From Antechinus flavipes (taxonomy: Eukaryota): a stretch of 64,000 nt of DNA. Every line of letters starts with the position of its first letter. Position 1 is the first letter of the stretch. This document shows positions 12,499 through 24,959 of the stretch, one piece after another. The notes under the pieces were generated by a model. The model worked only from the letters and a program-made list of their open reading frames with translations, ran no database searches and had not been told where the DNA came from. Where the stretch lies: contig NC_067403.1 in the NCBI RefSeq assembly GCF_016432865.1, positions 200,012,001 through 200,076,000 of the forward strand. The letters run 5' to 3'. The position numbers and the translations under genes were made by a program.

Positions 12499-15039
12499 TC
12501 ACACAACGGAGGCAAGACCGGACACGGATGCGACCTTGTTGTCCTCAGCCCAGGGTTGCAAATTCTGCAGCGCGAACAGTGAGGAGTTGTGGAGACACAG
12601 AGGGTCCGGCGGCAGCGGCGGCCTCAGTGGCCTGGGCAGAGCATCCTGCTGGAGGTGCAGGAGCAGCCTCCCTGCGCGGTGCCTCTCGGCCTCCCGCTCT
12701 TCGGCAGTTTGCCTCCTGCATCCGGAGTTAGCAGATTGGGTCAGAGGTACTGCCCCTCCTATCCTTGCCCCGCACTAATATACAGTTGTACAATTGCCAC
12801 TCTGAGCAAGCAGACCCCGCAGGCTCCCGGGCCTGTCACCTACTAATTTCCTCCCCTGAATCCCTCCCCTCCCGCCTCACAGCAGCGTGCCCGGTGCTTC
12901 CCTACCTAGGCTATCCCTCCCTTACCGCCACTTGGTCCGTCGGTTCTGGAACCACGTCTTGACCTGCGCATCCGTCATGCGCAAGGCCTTGGCTAGCGCC
13001 GCTCTCTCGGCTGAGGCCAGGTACTTCTGGCGCAGGAAACGCCGCTCGAGCTCGAGCACTTGCGCCCGGGAGAAAGACGTGCGCGGCTTCTTTCGCTTAG
13101 GAGGCGTCCTGTTCTGGTAAGGGTGGCCCACGCGGCGGGCCCCAGAGAAGGGGGACAGCGCAGCTGGGGGAGGGGAAGAGAAGAGTGTCCCAGCCAAGCC
13201 AGCGCCGCTGGCTGCCCTGAGCCGAGCCACACTGTGTGCTGGAAATCTGGACTACTCAACCCTTCTTGACCCTCCTGCAGGCTCGGGGGTACCCAGATCG
13301 GACAGGTCCTTACCTCACTAAACCCAACCCAGATACTGTACCGGCTCGGAATCGTGTAACCAGTACCGCTGAGTTCCCCACTCCGCTATTCCCCCCCTCC
13401 ATCCCCACAAAACACTCTCTGGACGCTGAGGCGGCCCCTTTCTCCAGAAGAGCATTCTTTGACTGAAGGAGATGAGTCCCAGAGGCAGGGAAAGGAGACA
13501 AACGAAAAACGTTGGAATCGACTGCTCTTCCACCGGACCATGTTCTGACCCGTAGGCCAGATCTGCGCCGGAATAGAGTATATTGAGGGTCAGATTACAC
13601 CAAGCTCCCATATGCCCATAGCCCCCGGCAGTTAGGGGTACTTTAAAGCTCCTGACTGAACACACTCCGAGATTTCCTCTATTTCCATGTGTATATTCCT
13701 ATAGCTGCTTTCAAACTATTCTGTTACTAGAGTATTTTTGGATTCCTTCTCATCTTGACCCAGGTTCTTAAGAAGCTTAAGATTCAGGTCCTGAGGTTAG
13801 GGAAAAGTGAAGTCAGTTTTAGTGAGAATTCAGGAGGGGGTAGACAATTAATGGAGACGCCCAACAGGAATGATAATCTGAAGATGGAGATGCCGGGCTA
13901 AAAGGACTTTGATCAGGAATGCTAAGGAGAACTGATGTTTGTGGGGGAAGAAAAGGTATCCTAAAATTAGGTGTCCAGAAAATGTCAGAGTTAAATTTGG
14001 GAGGGAAAAAGTAGATCAAGAATGGGGTAAATGGGAAAAGTCATTTTAGGACGTTTTAGGATTAGATGAAGGGGAGTGGGCATTCAGGAATGAAAATCGA
14101 ATGATCAAATTGGGCAAAGAATTCCTCATGAATGTCTTGGGAAATGGGAGTCTTTAGTATTGGAGAATTAGGAGAACAGAATTTTAAATATCTATCTTGA
14201 GAAGCACGGTTTTCATTGGTTGCCCTGGATGTGGGGATAACAAGTGTTTGTCCCCAGAAGTGAGTCACTCCAAAGCCTAAGAATACTAATGGGGGGAGGG
14301 GAGGAGAGATAAAAGATTCCCCAAGGAAATCCTGGAATTGGGAAAAGATGGGGAAAAGTGGAATCGGGAAATTGGAGGCTTGAAAATATTTGGGGAGGTC
14401 AGTTTGCAATGTGAGAATTTTGCGGGGCTAAGGGAAGGGGGGAATAGCCCTTTGCAGTGGCGGTTCTTGAGGCAGTCCCGGGATTAGTGAGGAAAGTGGA
14501 ATTAGGAAATTGAGGATGTAATGCTAAAGAGTTTCAAAGTATCTAGTGGTAGGGATGATGCAGGAAAGGAAGGGATCTTGAGTGAAATAGTATGGGGATG
14601 AAGGTGAAAGTCTGCCCCACCCCACCCCCTCACCTGTGAGCCGGTCCTTGGCAAAACGGCGACTGCTGTCCATCCAAGGGAAGGTAAGGCCTGATAGGCC
14701 ACCTCCAGCGCCTAGGCCGGGGGTGCCTGGGGCTGCGGCCGGGCCCCCGGTGGGGGGCGGCACGGGGAGGGGCCGGTGGGCGGGGACGCGGATGACGCCC
14801 CCGGCGGACCCCCCGCCGTGACTCCCCGGAAGAGAAGCCAATGAGCACGAGGGTCCATAGCCCGAGGGCCCCGCGTATCCGCCAGTATACAGAGCACCCT
14901 CTGTCTGCCCCACGCGGCCGGGACCTGGGCCAAGGCAGCCGCTGCCAGGGGGCTCGGGGCCGCTGAGGATCTGGTCGATGCCGAAACTGATGGGTTCATG
15001 GTGCTGGAGGGTCTGCGGTGCCAGTCCAACCGAATCCAT
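12499..15039 (-). CDS. TLX2: T-cell leukemia homeobox 2 (NCX/HOX11L1), 286 aa
   Basis: Exons 15039-14634, 13163-12926, 12715-12499 (861 nt). eh1 motif [14 protein letters not shown] hexapeptide, homeodomain [59 protein letters not shown]-terminus [21 protein letters not shown]. Minus-strand AATAAA at 11840-11845. Confidence 0.98.
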
Positions 15040-18000
15040 GGCGAAAGGACCTGCCGGGACTTGGTCGTGTGGAGGAGGTGAGGAAGGAGAGTTCTCTGGG
15101 GCTGCAGTTATCGGGGCGGCCTCGGGCACTCAGGGGCCCGCGGGCTCCGGGAGCATCTTCTCTAGGCGCTGCCCGGGTCCGGACTTGTGCCTGTTGCCCT
15201 GCGGCCCAGAGGGGCCGCCATCTCCGGTCGGGACTGGGAGTGGGGTAACTCCCGGACCCGCAACCCGGGGGCCCTGGCCCCGAACTTGGCTGGCGTCCGG
15301 ACTCCGGGGCTCGAGACCGATGGACACAGATAGACGGACCCTGGGCTGCGGCTGCCCAAGTCCGGGGTGGATCGGGTTGGCCAGCTCTGGAGAAGACTGA
15401 CAGCTCGGCCCCCGGGGGCGGGGCGGGGCCGGCCCGACTCGTTAAAGGGAAAGAGCCGCCTGTTTGCGCCGAGGTGTGTGGGGCGTATAGCGAGTGGGGC
15501 AGCAGACTCCAGCCTTGGGGCCGGGGCGGGGGGGAGGGGGGACGGGGAGGTCAGCTGAGGTGGGGGTGAGCTCTGAGCTTAGCTTGGGACCGCGCCCCGG
15601 CAGGAAGGGAGGGAAGGGTCAAAGGGTGGAGAGAAGGGAAGACCTCTCCCACACGCCCTTGCCTCAGCAGCAGGTGCCTTGAGGATGTCCGACTTGGAGG
15701 TGTTGCCAGGCTGGCACTCCTAGCCCCAGGCCCAGCTAGATTCGAAAGAGGGCCTGAGCTGGGCAGAACCTCTTAGCTACCCCAGATTCGTTTAGGTTCC
15801 GGGGCCACCTAGTTTCGAGCTAGGATCTCGTTGTACCGGGCTAGGCACTGGTATGACTGGAGATCTCCGAAGGAGGGACAGCTGGGGGTGGCCTAGACCC
15901 TGAGGATCGACCGGGTGCCCCGGAGTGGGGATCGAGTTGGGCGCGGCTTAAGGGGATGCTAGCAGGGTCAGATTGTCAGCGCAGATGAGAGAGCCCCAGT
16001 AGAAGCGAATGGGGTGGGGCCAGAGAAGCGAGCCTGGGTATGGGCTGCACTTGCTGACTTCGTTCGAGGAGACCCCAAAGTGCACTGCTTGGACTCACTC
16101 GGGGTCCAGTTCCCCCCATTTCTAGGGATTTCGATTTCTTGAGATCAGACCAAAGGTGACTGTGCAGCTCCGCTGCTTCTATCGCTTGTCAATTGTTTTT
16201 GGCAGCCGGCGAAATCCTCGGTGATGGAAGGAGAATCCCCCCCTTCAGGGACTCGTTTCTAATCCATTCCAACTGCCTTATTCCTGGGGCCCCTTTCATC
16301 TGCCTTCTCGGGATTTGGGAAAGGGACCAGGAATTGCCTGGGGCCTGTGAGTGGCGCGGAGTTATTGCAGCCAGCGACTCCTCCAGTCTTTAGAGAGTCC
16401 GTTGATAATTAGTTAAAAGTCCATCCTCGTGTCTCGTCATAGAGAATCGGTAGTTGCACTGGAAAATTGGGATTTAGGAGGTTCGGACCTTGACATCGGC
16501 GGGATGGAGGATCTGGAAAGTAGTTGGCTCTGCATGCCTACCCCTCCTTCTCCAGGATGGGACCCCCAGCCCTGCCTCCGCCCTCACCCCCCCAGACCCG
16601 CCCCCGCCGCCGCCCGGCCCCGTGCAGGCTGTGGTAATCGGGTTAGCGGCGCCGGAATTACATTACCTTCCCCAGCCCGGCCCGGCCCCGGGGGGGCCTG
16701 GCGCCTTCGTGCCGGTCAGACATGGAGCGGGGAGGGGGTGCAACTCCATCTCCCCAAGGACCCCTGTCCTCTCCCAAGGGCCTTCTCCCCCATCCTTTTA
16801 ACTCCTGGCCTCAGGCTACTTGCCTTCCCCAGAAGGGCTGGACGTGGTCCCTGTCCCCGGTTCCCCAGCCTCCCGATTAGCTGGGGATAGGCACCGGATC
16901 CCCTGGATTCCGATCCCCCATTTTTCAGAGAGCTTTGGTACCATCCTGGTGGCACAGAGTGGGCACTCAGGAAGCCTAGTGGTCGGGGTGGAGAATTGAT
17001 TGACTGATTAGTTCATGGCAACCCTCCCCTCCCTTCCTCCTCCCTTACTAGCAGATGGGCCAGCAGCCGGGGCGCCTGGGGCTGAGCACAGGGCAGAGGC
17101 TTCTTTTCTCCCCGATCCATCAGCTCTTTTCATCGTCTGGTAGAGAAAAAACCTTGGGATGAGAGTTCTCTGAATTCTGGGTGTCAGCCCCACCCTACTT
17201 TTCAAATCGTTCCAGTCAGATTGTTGTGATTGTCGTGAATAACAACTTCCATTTCTATAGAAGTGTTTTTCACTACCACACTGTGAGCCGGAAACTTGAG
17301 CTTTTACTGGGAAGGTCACTTGGCCTCGGAAGTGACTGGCTTGGGCCAGGTTTTGATAGGATCATAAGATTTAATATTAGACAGATCCAACCGCCTAATT
17401 TTATAAAAAAGGAAAACAAGGTAAATGGCTATGGTAGGGTCCCACAACTAGTGTCAGGAGGCAGGTTTCAACCCAAAAGTTCTAACAGCTCATATAATGC
17501 CTCTCCATTCAGCTAATTTTTAGGAAAACAGAAGGAATTGTGTGTTTACTGGGAAAATAATTGTCTGTAGAGACCATAATTCTCCCTTTGGGAGAGAAGT
17601 AAAAAAGCAAGAGAATTGATTGACTATCTCAGAATAGGATAAGTGATGACAAAAGGATATCAGGTATCAGTATTTCCTTTCCATGAGCCATTCCTTCTAT
17701 AATAATCTAACCCCTCTTTTCTGCCTTTTAAATTTCCCAACACCAGAAAATGCCCCAAATTATCCTTGCTTTCCTGGCTTCTGGGAAGGGAGGTTAAGTC
17801 TCATAAGTGACCCCCAACTCTTATTTCACCAAGGATGAGCATGGCGAAGTGCAATAGATTGACTGGGAGCTTAGGAAAATCTACCAACAGACAGGGAGAA
17901 ATGAGAGAGCAGGAATGGGGAAAAGAAATGAGGAACTATGTGTAACAAACCAAGCAGAACCATCCCTATACATCCATGCTGATCCACTTATATATGATCC

Positions 18001-18377
18001 TCTGGCTAAGCAATTTTTCACTTCTTTGAGTGTCTTACTGAATTCCCCACAGGATTATGCCCTACTACTTATGCCCACAAGCCCCACATTTACCCCTCTA
18101 CTAAGTGAATGACCTCACCTCCTATATCCCAGAGAAGATAGAGATCATTCAGCATGAGCTATGATTATCTTGCCTCCCACAGCTCTTATCTTTATCTCAA
18201 ATTCCACTTTCATCTCTGTTTATCTTGTTTCAGAAGTAGAAGTACCTTTTTTCTATCAGGGCATACCTGTGCTTTAGTTCACATTTTTCATCTTTTAAGC
18301 TTTTTCTCATATTTCCTGCCTTAACAATGTCAATTTCTCTGTTACCTTCTTCCCCAATTTTCTTTCTCTCTCCCTCA

Positions 18378-18520
18378 CTTTTTTTTTTTTTTTTGGCTGA
18401 GGCAATTGGGATTAAGTGACTTGCCTAGGGTCACACAGAAATTTTAGGTGTCTGAGGTCAGATTTGAACTCTTGTCTTCCTGACTTTCAGGGCTTGTGCT
18501 CTAACCACTAGCTGCCTCCT
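18378..18520 (-). mobile_element. Marsupial CORE-SINE (WSINE1/MAR1-like) with poly(A) tail
   Basis: T-run followed by GGCTGAGGCAATTGGGATTAAGTGACTTGCCTAGGGTCACACAG...GATTTGAACTC...GCTGCC. Near-identical in layout to the copy at 42159-42307. Confidence 0.75.
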
Positions 18521-19368
18521 TTGCTACCTTTTGACTGTCACACTAAGCACTGGACTAGGGGATCTGAGTACCTAGTTTTGAATCTCATTTCTGACACTGT
18601 GACACTGGTAAAGGCCTGGCCACTTGACCTTCGATTCATCATTTACGTCTGTCCCCTCCTCTTTGTCCCTACTCCTCTCAACTCAATTCAGATTTTAAAA
18701 ATCTAATTGATTACTAAATGGTCTTAAAAACTGATGATTCTACTTCTGGTCTTAACTCCGGTACATTCCACCAGAGTTATCTTCCTAAGGTACAGCTCTG
18801 ACCACATTTTGCAATTCAGTTCACATTATACCTGGCTTTTAGGATCCTACAAACCCTTTCCCCAAACTTCTCATCACTCCAGATTCAATTTTTTTCTTTT
18901 GACATTTACTTACCTGTATGATGGTGAAGTTATTTAGCCTTTCAGCCTGTTTCCTTTGTAAATGGGAATAGTATTTATGCTACCTACTACATGACTGTCA
19001 TTAAGGAAAGTATTTTGTAATTCTTAAAAAGTGCTGGAGAAATGTGAACTTAAGTCACAGATGAATGGCTAATAGCACTGTTAACACTTTCTCACCACAC
19101 CTTGAGTTTTTAAACTTTTGTAATCAACATATTAGTCATATCTGAAAAAATATGGTTTATTTTGTGTGTCTAGTTACCTCTTTGCCAAAAGACTGCACGG
19201 TCTTTTGAAGTTATGTTTGATCACTGAATTGACCATATCTCTGAAGTCTTTCAAATGTTTCCCCTTAGGTTTTAGCGCTGTTTTTGCCTACCACCTTTTT
19301 GAAATGTGACTGACTTCCACAATGTTGCACCATCCCAATTTTGCTTCTATTCTTTTGAATGTTGTTCC

Positions 19369-19626
19369 TAGAGATCTAATCCACTCCCATCTTTAAACTA
19401 TTTTCTCTTTGCTGAAGACTAGTAACTTTATTTCTAGCCCTGTGCTCTCTCCTTAGTTCCTTAATTTATTCCAAAAATGTTGTTCCTCTGTCTAAACTTT
19501 TTTCTTTCTACCCACCCTTAGAGATCTAATCCACTCCCATCTTTAAACTATTTTCTCTTTGCTGAAGACTAGTAACTTTATTTCTAGCCCTGTGCTCTCT
19601 CCTTAGTTCCTTAGTTTATTCCAAAA
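19369..19626. repeat. Direct duplication of a 108-bp unit with exact 150-bp periodicity
   Basis: 19369-19476 and 19519-19626 (TAGAGATCTAATCCACTCCC...TTTATTCCAAAA) differ at one position (TTAATTTA vs TTAGTTTA). Confidence 0.95.
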
Positions 19627-20419
19627 CTTGTCTCAAGTTTTTGTTCCTATTTGTAATCTCTGTCATTTTTTTTCTCTTAAAAACCATTCTCAGGTTTGGT
19701 CTTTCTTCTCCAGTTACATAGTAAATACCTTTCTAATCCTTTAAATACTGTTAACAACTCCCTCCAAGCTGACTTTCTTGTCTCTCCTCTACCCCAGTCT
19801 TCTAAAATGTTATTTCATCAAAAACTGCCAATGGCTCCCTAACCTGTCAACAAAGCCCCAGATTCAAGGCTCTCTACCATTTGGCTTGTTCTACTTTTCT
19901 AGTTTTACCTCCCATGATTGATCCATGTGATATTTCTGCCCTTATCGATTGAGATGTTTGTAATGTGGTACTTTATCGCTATCATTTGAGATATTTAAGT
20001 GCTCAGCATTTAATAAATGTTAAGTACTGTTTTATTGCCCCAGCCTTAGAAAATAGGTGGTGTAGGTGTTACTCCATGTGATTTCATCACTTTGGACACT
20101 AGCTAGATTGAAGAGTTCAACTTCTCACAAGCTTGAATGATTGTACTTCTGTGGCTTCTCAAATTATTACTTGAAAACCATCCTGTGGTGATGAGCCTTC
20201 CAGGCACTTAGCTAAACTGGTATGAAGAAGACATATGTATCTGAAAGGGGTTCAGTAAAATCTCATCGGTTGAATCTTAATATTTCCAATGTTCCAAAGC
20301 GATAGTCTCTCACTTCTATTTTGTTGGATCAATAGTCAACTTAGTAAGACCTAATAGAACTCCTCTTTGGAGAGTCTAAAGTTACTTCCACAAAGAAAAC
20401 ATCCAATTAGGATCTTAGT

Positions 20420-22090
20420 AAAGAAGTCAATAAAATCTGTCAAATTATATGCCAGGTTCTGTGTTAGGTGTGTGGGAAGCAAAATTATGTATGTGTATAC
20501 ACATATGTATATGCATATCCCAAACAAAAACAAAACAGATAAGGTAACCTTGGAAGGGAAAATACTAGCAGATGAGAAGAATCAGGAAAGGCCTCATGTA
20601 GAATGTGGTATCTGAGCTGAAGAGCTTTCAAGGTGAATTGAGTTAAGGTAGGCTTGGGGCATCCAGTGCAAAGGCCTGGATATTGAAAATGGAGAGTATG
20701 AGTAATAACAGGAAAGTCAGTATGGTTGAATCATAGATTGTACAGAGGAGAGTAATACATCAAAAGACTAGAAAGGAAGTTGACTTTGGAGTGTTCTTGA
20801 GAGGTCAAGACTCCAGTCATACAATAGAATTGATCTGGAACCCACTAATTTATTTACTACTAAATAGGTATACTGACAAGCATGGATATGGTCATGGGTG
20901 AAAAAATTGAATTCCCTGATTACCATTAGTGAAAGAAGGAACACTATTTCAAGGGATCCAGGAGAGTTTGTCTAGGCAGGGCCTCAGGGTTTCACGAGGC
21001 CAAAATGAAGTATGGAGATAGGGGCTCATTGCTGAGAAACTGCTCTTTAAGTTTTAAAATGGGAATGAGGGGCCTTTTCATCAAAGGAGCCCCTCAGTTT
21101 CTAAGCACTGTGGTGAGCATCTCAAGGAATTATTGCTAATTACTTGGAACAGAAGTTTTGTGGTTTGCTTATAGATTGTTTTAAATTTTTCACATGGTAA
21201 GAAAAAAGAAATGGGTGGAAAGGTGTGATAATGCCAAGGTCTAAAAGTTTTAAATGTCAAAGAGGATCCTAGGGGTAATAGTGAGCTACTGGAATTTATT
21301 GGAATATGTGTATTACAGACTGGTTCTATAGGAAAAAAAATCACTTTGGTAACTGGTGAATCGGACTTTTTACAGAAAGACCAAATAGGAAACATTTCCA
21401 TAATTTGGGCAATTGGTGAAAAGGATTTAAATTAGGGTAATGGATGTGTGAGCAAAAGGGACATATGGGAGAGATGTAGAGTTCATAATGAAGATTTGGC
21501 AACTGATTAGATGAGGTGAAAGACAGGATTTTGGACCTGGATAACTAGAAGAATGGTGATTTCCTTCCCTAGAAAAGTTTGGAAGAGAAGTGGGTTTAAA
21601 GGGAGAGAATTCTCTTTTGAATATGTTGAGTTTGTGGTGCCTAAGCATCTATAGCTCAAAATGTCTAATCAGCAATTGTTGCTGCAAGTGAGCTCAGGAG
21701 AGAAATAGGGACTGGAGATTGGGATCTATACAGATCTGGAGGGCTGCTGCACAGATAAGATTGAACTCAAGGGGGTTGAGGGTATAAGGGGAAGAGAGAA
21801 AGGGAAAGGAAGATGAGATAAAGGGAAAGGCAAAGAAGGGAAGATAGAAAAGCTCAAGCCAGATAGAGATATATCCAAAGCTGGTGTTTAAAATCTGGAT
21901 AAGACAAGCAAACACGATTTAGAAGCCAAAGGAAGGAGCCAAGAGAACATGGTCACAAAAACCTAGTAAGGAGAAGGTATCTAGGAGGAAAAGGTTATCA
22001 ACTTTGTTATGGAAAGGTCAAAAAGGATGATAAATGAGGAAGAATAGCTTTGACAGTTAAGGCATCATTGATACTGAATAATAAGACAAG
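20420..22090 (-). mobile_element. Fragmented L2 LINE, interrupted by unclassified sequence at about 20790-21190
   Basis: Reverse L2 3' end signature near 20420 (AAGTCAATAA...TATGCCAGG...TGTGTTAGG) and purine-rich internal L2-like segments (GATTTGGCAACTGATTAGATG, ATGTTGAGTTTG, GATTTGGG) similar to the 47-48.7 kb copy. Boundaries approximate. Confidence 0.55.
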
Positions 22091-24779
22091 CTTGACCCTA
22101 AAGAAAATGTTTGAGCAAGATGCCTCCAGTTATTTTACAGAGACCATAGGTATGAAATATATGTAACATCAAATGTTTTTTAATAGCTTTAATGAAGCTT
22201 TTTCTTCTAATTTGTATAAAAAGGGATAGCATTTTGGAAGCATACAGTGATGTAAAAAAAAACTTTAAAAAATAGGTAAGATCACACAAGGTTATTTTTG
22301 GCAACCTTGGTTATATATTGATAAAAATATGAATCAAGAAAAGGAGGGCAGTGCTACGACAGGTTTGAGAAGATTGTTTAGAACTCTATGGTGAATGGGA
22401 TAGAGAATCAATTAGGGAAGAGTAAAGATTGTCTTGCTGCACTTAGAATCCAATTGAGATTAGATAACAAATTTGTAATGGCCATAGTGAGCACTGTTGC
22501 AGCATGATTCCCTCCAGCTCCCTTCAGAGCACTTGAGTTTGGAGCAGAAGCAGAGTTAGGTGGTGGGGAATAACCAGCCTTAGGGCTTGGAAGACTTGAG
22601 CAACAGAATCAATGGCCGAGGATTTAAGAGAGGACGGTCAAAGAGTTGTTCCCCTAGGGGATTAAGAGGAAAAGGCAAAGAGTAAGGGTAAAGGCTTAGG
22701 AAAGTGCTGTGGGGTGGAGATAGAGTTGCAGGTTATCCCCCTTGTAGAAATGAGGAAACAGGCTGAGACTGAAATGACTGGCTCAAAATCATGCATAAGT
22801 GGCAGAGTTGGGGCTCAAATGCAGGCCTAATTTCCAATCTAGTGGCGCTTTTGTTCTTGTGCTTGAAATGCCAATCTTATTCCTGGTTATCCTTGAAATG
22901 GCAGGAAGATGGCACAATGGATAGAGGATTGAATCTGTGGAGTCAAAACCCAAGTTCAAATCCCACTTCAGACACTTTATCAAGCTACCGTGGGCAAGTC
23001 AATCTCTCTTGCCTGTTTACTCATCTGTAAAGTGGGGACGACATACAAACGCAGAATGCTGGCTATTATAAATACTTGTGTTAGACATTTTGGCTGTTTT
23101 GAGGTTATTTGTGCCTGTCTTGTATCTAGGGAGACTTAGTTTGAAATTTTTTCCCTTTTTACCTAGCACAGGTCTGGGCACATAGTAGGTGCTCAATAAT
23201 TACTTGAACGATGTGAAGTGTCTTTTGTGTTTGTGAGTATTCATGTCTGTGTTTCTGAGCACTAGGTTTACAAATGTCTTAGTATCTGCCTGTATGGGTG
23301 TCCTTGACTCTGTATAGTTTATGGTTCTATATGTCTGTCACTATGTGATGTTAGTATGCAGTGAATGGGAGTAGTGTTGTCTCAGTGTGTGGCTGACATA
23401 CAATGTACTGGTATTGTCTGTGTGTGGTATGTCTGGGTCTGGGATGTGTATGTAGTGTCTATCAAGTTCCTGTGCAAGTCCATGATGAGGATTGTATAAG
23501 TGTCTATCTGGGTGTGGTGTGTGTGTGGAGGGGGTGCTGTGTGGGGGGTGTATCCATCCATGTGTGGGTGGTGTCTGTCTGTGTTTGCTGTGTGCCCTCT
23601 GTCCCTTCATCTACTCCCCCGCCCCCTTCAGCATCTGCTCTGCATTAGCTTGTCCCAGGCCTTGGCAGGCGCCAATGATTAAATCACCATCATTAAGCCG
23701 GGCCTGCCCCCCAGCAGCAGGGGGATGGGGGATCACTGTCAATCCCCTATGGGCCCCTCCCCTCGGAGATGCCCGGAGAAACTTCCAAAGATAGTCCCCA
23801 AGAGCCTGCGAGATTCCCACAGAGGAGGTTTATTACTGGAGGGCAGGAATGAAGGAAGGGGGTGGGGAGGATCCGCAGATGGGGGAAACAAAGGACAACT
23901 GTGATGGAGAAAATTAGAGGGTGCTATAGCCGGGAGCAGAACAATGAGGCGGATGGTCACTGTGTGCCTAGAGAATGGGTATTACCGAAGGACAAATAGG
24001 GGTGAGAGAACTAAGATGGGGAGACGCAGAGGGAGTTGAACTGGAGAAAAACAATGGGGTAACTGAGGCTGGGATTTGCACGTAATCTCGAATTGGCTGT
24101 GAGCAGCTTTAGGGCTGGGATCGCCGTGGTTGTGGGGTTTTAAGGTTTTTTGCTTTTCTGTGGATCGTCCCCACCCCCGCTTAGCGCAGTGCCCGGCACA
24201 GAGCCAGCGCTTAATGAATGCTTGTTGATTATACCTAGAGGAATCTACGTGAGACAGGCAGCAATTGGGATTGGGGGTGTGGAGGGAGAGAGATCGCTGG
24301 CGAGAGGGACCTCTTGGTGCCCTGGAAAAGGGACATGGGACGGGCCCTTTGGGGCGACGCGGCAGCGAGCAGAGGAGGAGCAGGGGGAGGTCCGCAAGGG
24401 GATCCGGCGCGGGCGGGCACACAGGAGCTACGACTGCGCCCCGCGCGTCCGGGATTTGACCGCGGTCGAGCTTAATCTCCGATCGCGGAGGGTCCAGCTT
24501 TCGGACGCAGACATTCGCGAGGCGACCTCCTGCTCGTCTCGGGAGATGCTCCCCGCGAGACGCCCCCGTCGCCCCTCGACAGACCCGGCTCGGCTGGGGA
24601 GGATCCCCGGGGGAAGCTGTTGGAAGAGGAGACGGGGGTGCCTTCCTCCTCGGCCGCGGCGGCCTCCGGAAGACACAGGCACCGCGGCCTCCGCTGGGTC
24701 TAGTTCGGGGTGGCCGGGCTCCGGCCTCGCCGGGAGAGCGGGGCTGCAAAGAGCCCCCTCGGCAGCTATGACGCCGAGT

Positions 24780-24959
24780 GGGGCGGGGCTAGGGGCGGGA
24801 CGAGCTCAGGTGAGCACACGGGAGAGAGGGGCGGGGAGCGGTGAGGCGGGGCTCTGGGCGGGGAGGCCAATCCGAAAAGGACCAGGCCCCCCGTTGCCTG
24901 GAGACAGGCCCCGCCCAGCAGGCGGCACCGGAAGTGGCTGGCCGGGCTCAGCCTTTAAG
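24780..24959 (+). promoter_or_regulatory. PCGF1 proximal promoter within a CpG island (about 24340-25400)
   Basis: Several GC boxes (GGGCGGGG), CCAAT box GGCCAATC near 24866, ETS site ACCGGAAGTG near 24927-24936, YY1-type AAGATGGCG overlapping the start codon. Confidence 0.75.

Noticed and set aside
13700-14620. Strand-biased GGG/AAA/TTT texture in TLX2 intron 1
   Set aside because: No discrete repeat unit or structure; ordinary low-complexity intron.
19060-20340. AT-rich unique-looking stretches, possibly a retrocopy or transposase remnant
   Set aside because: No sustained ORF or recognisable motif in any frame by eye. A RepeatMasker/BLAST search would be needed.
23340-23620. TG-rich mosaic with several overlapping ORFs
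   Set aside because: Degenerate microsatellite; the ORFs are compositional artefacts. The same applies to 26440-26560.
23982-24749. 255-aa minus-strand ORF in the PCGF1 CpG island
   Set aside because: Pro/Arg-rich GC artefact that reads into repeat-derived sequence; no splice structure found.
24150-24959. PCGF1 frame stays open 270 codons upstream, with in-frame ATGs at about 24546 and 24768
   Set aside because: Runs through an L2/MIR tail and the core promoter motifs, so it is probably upstream of the TSS. Stop-poor CpG-island DNA explains the open frame.
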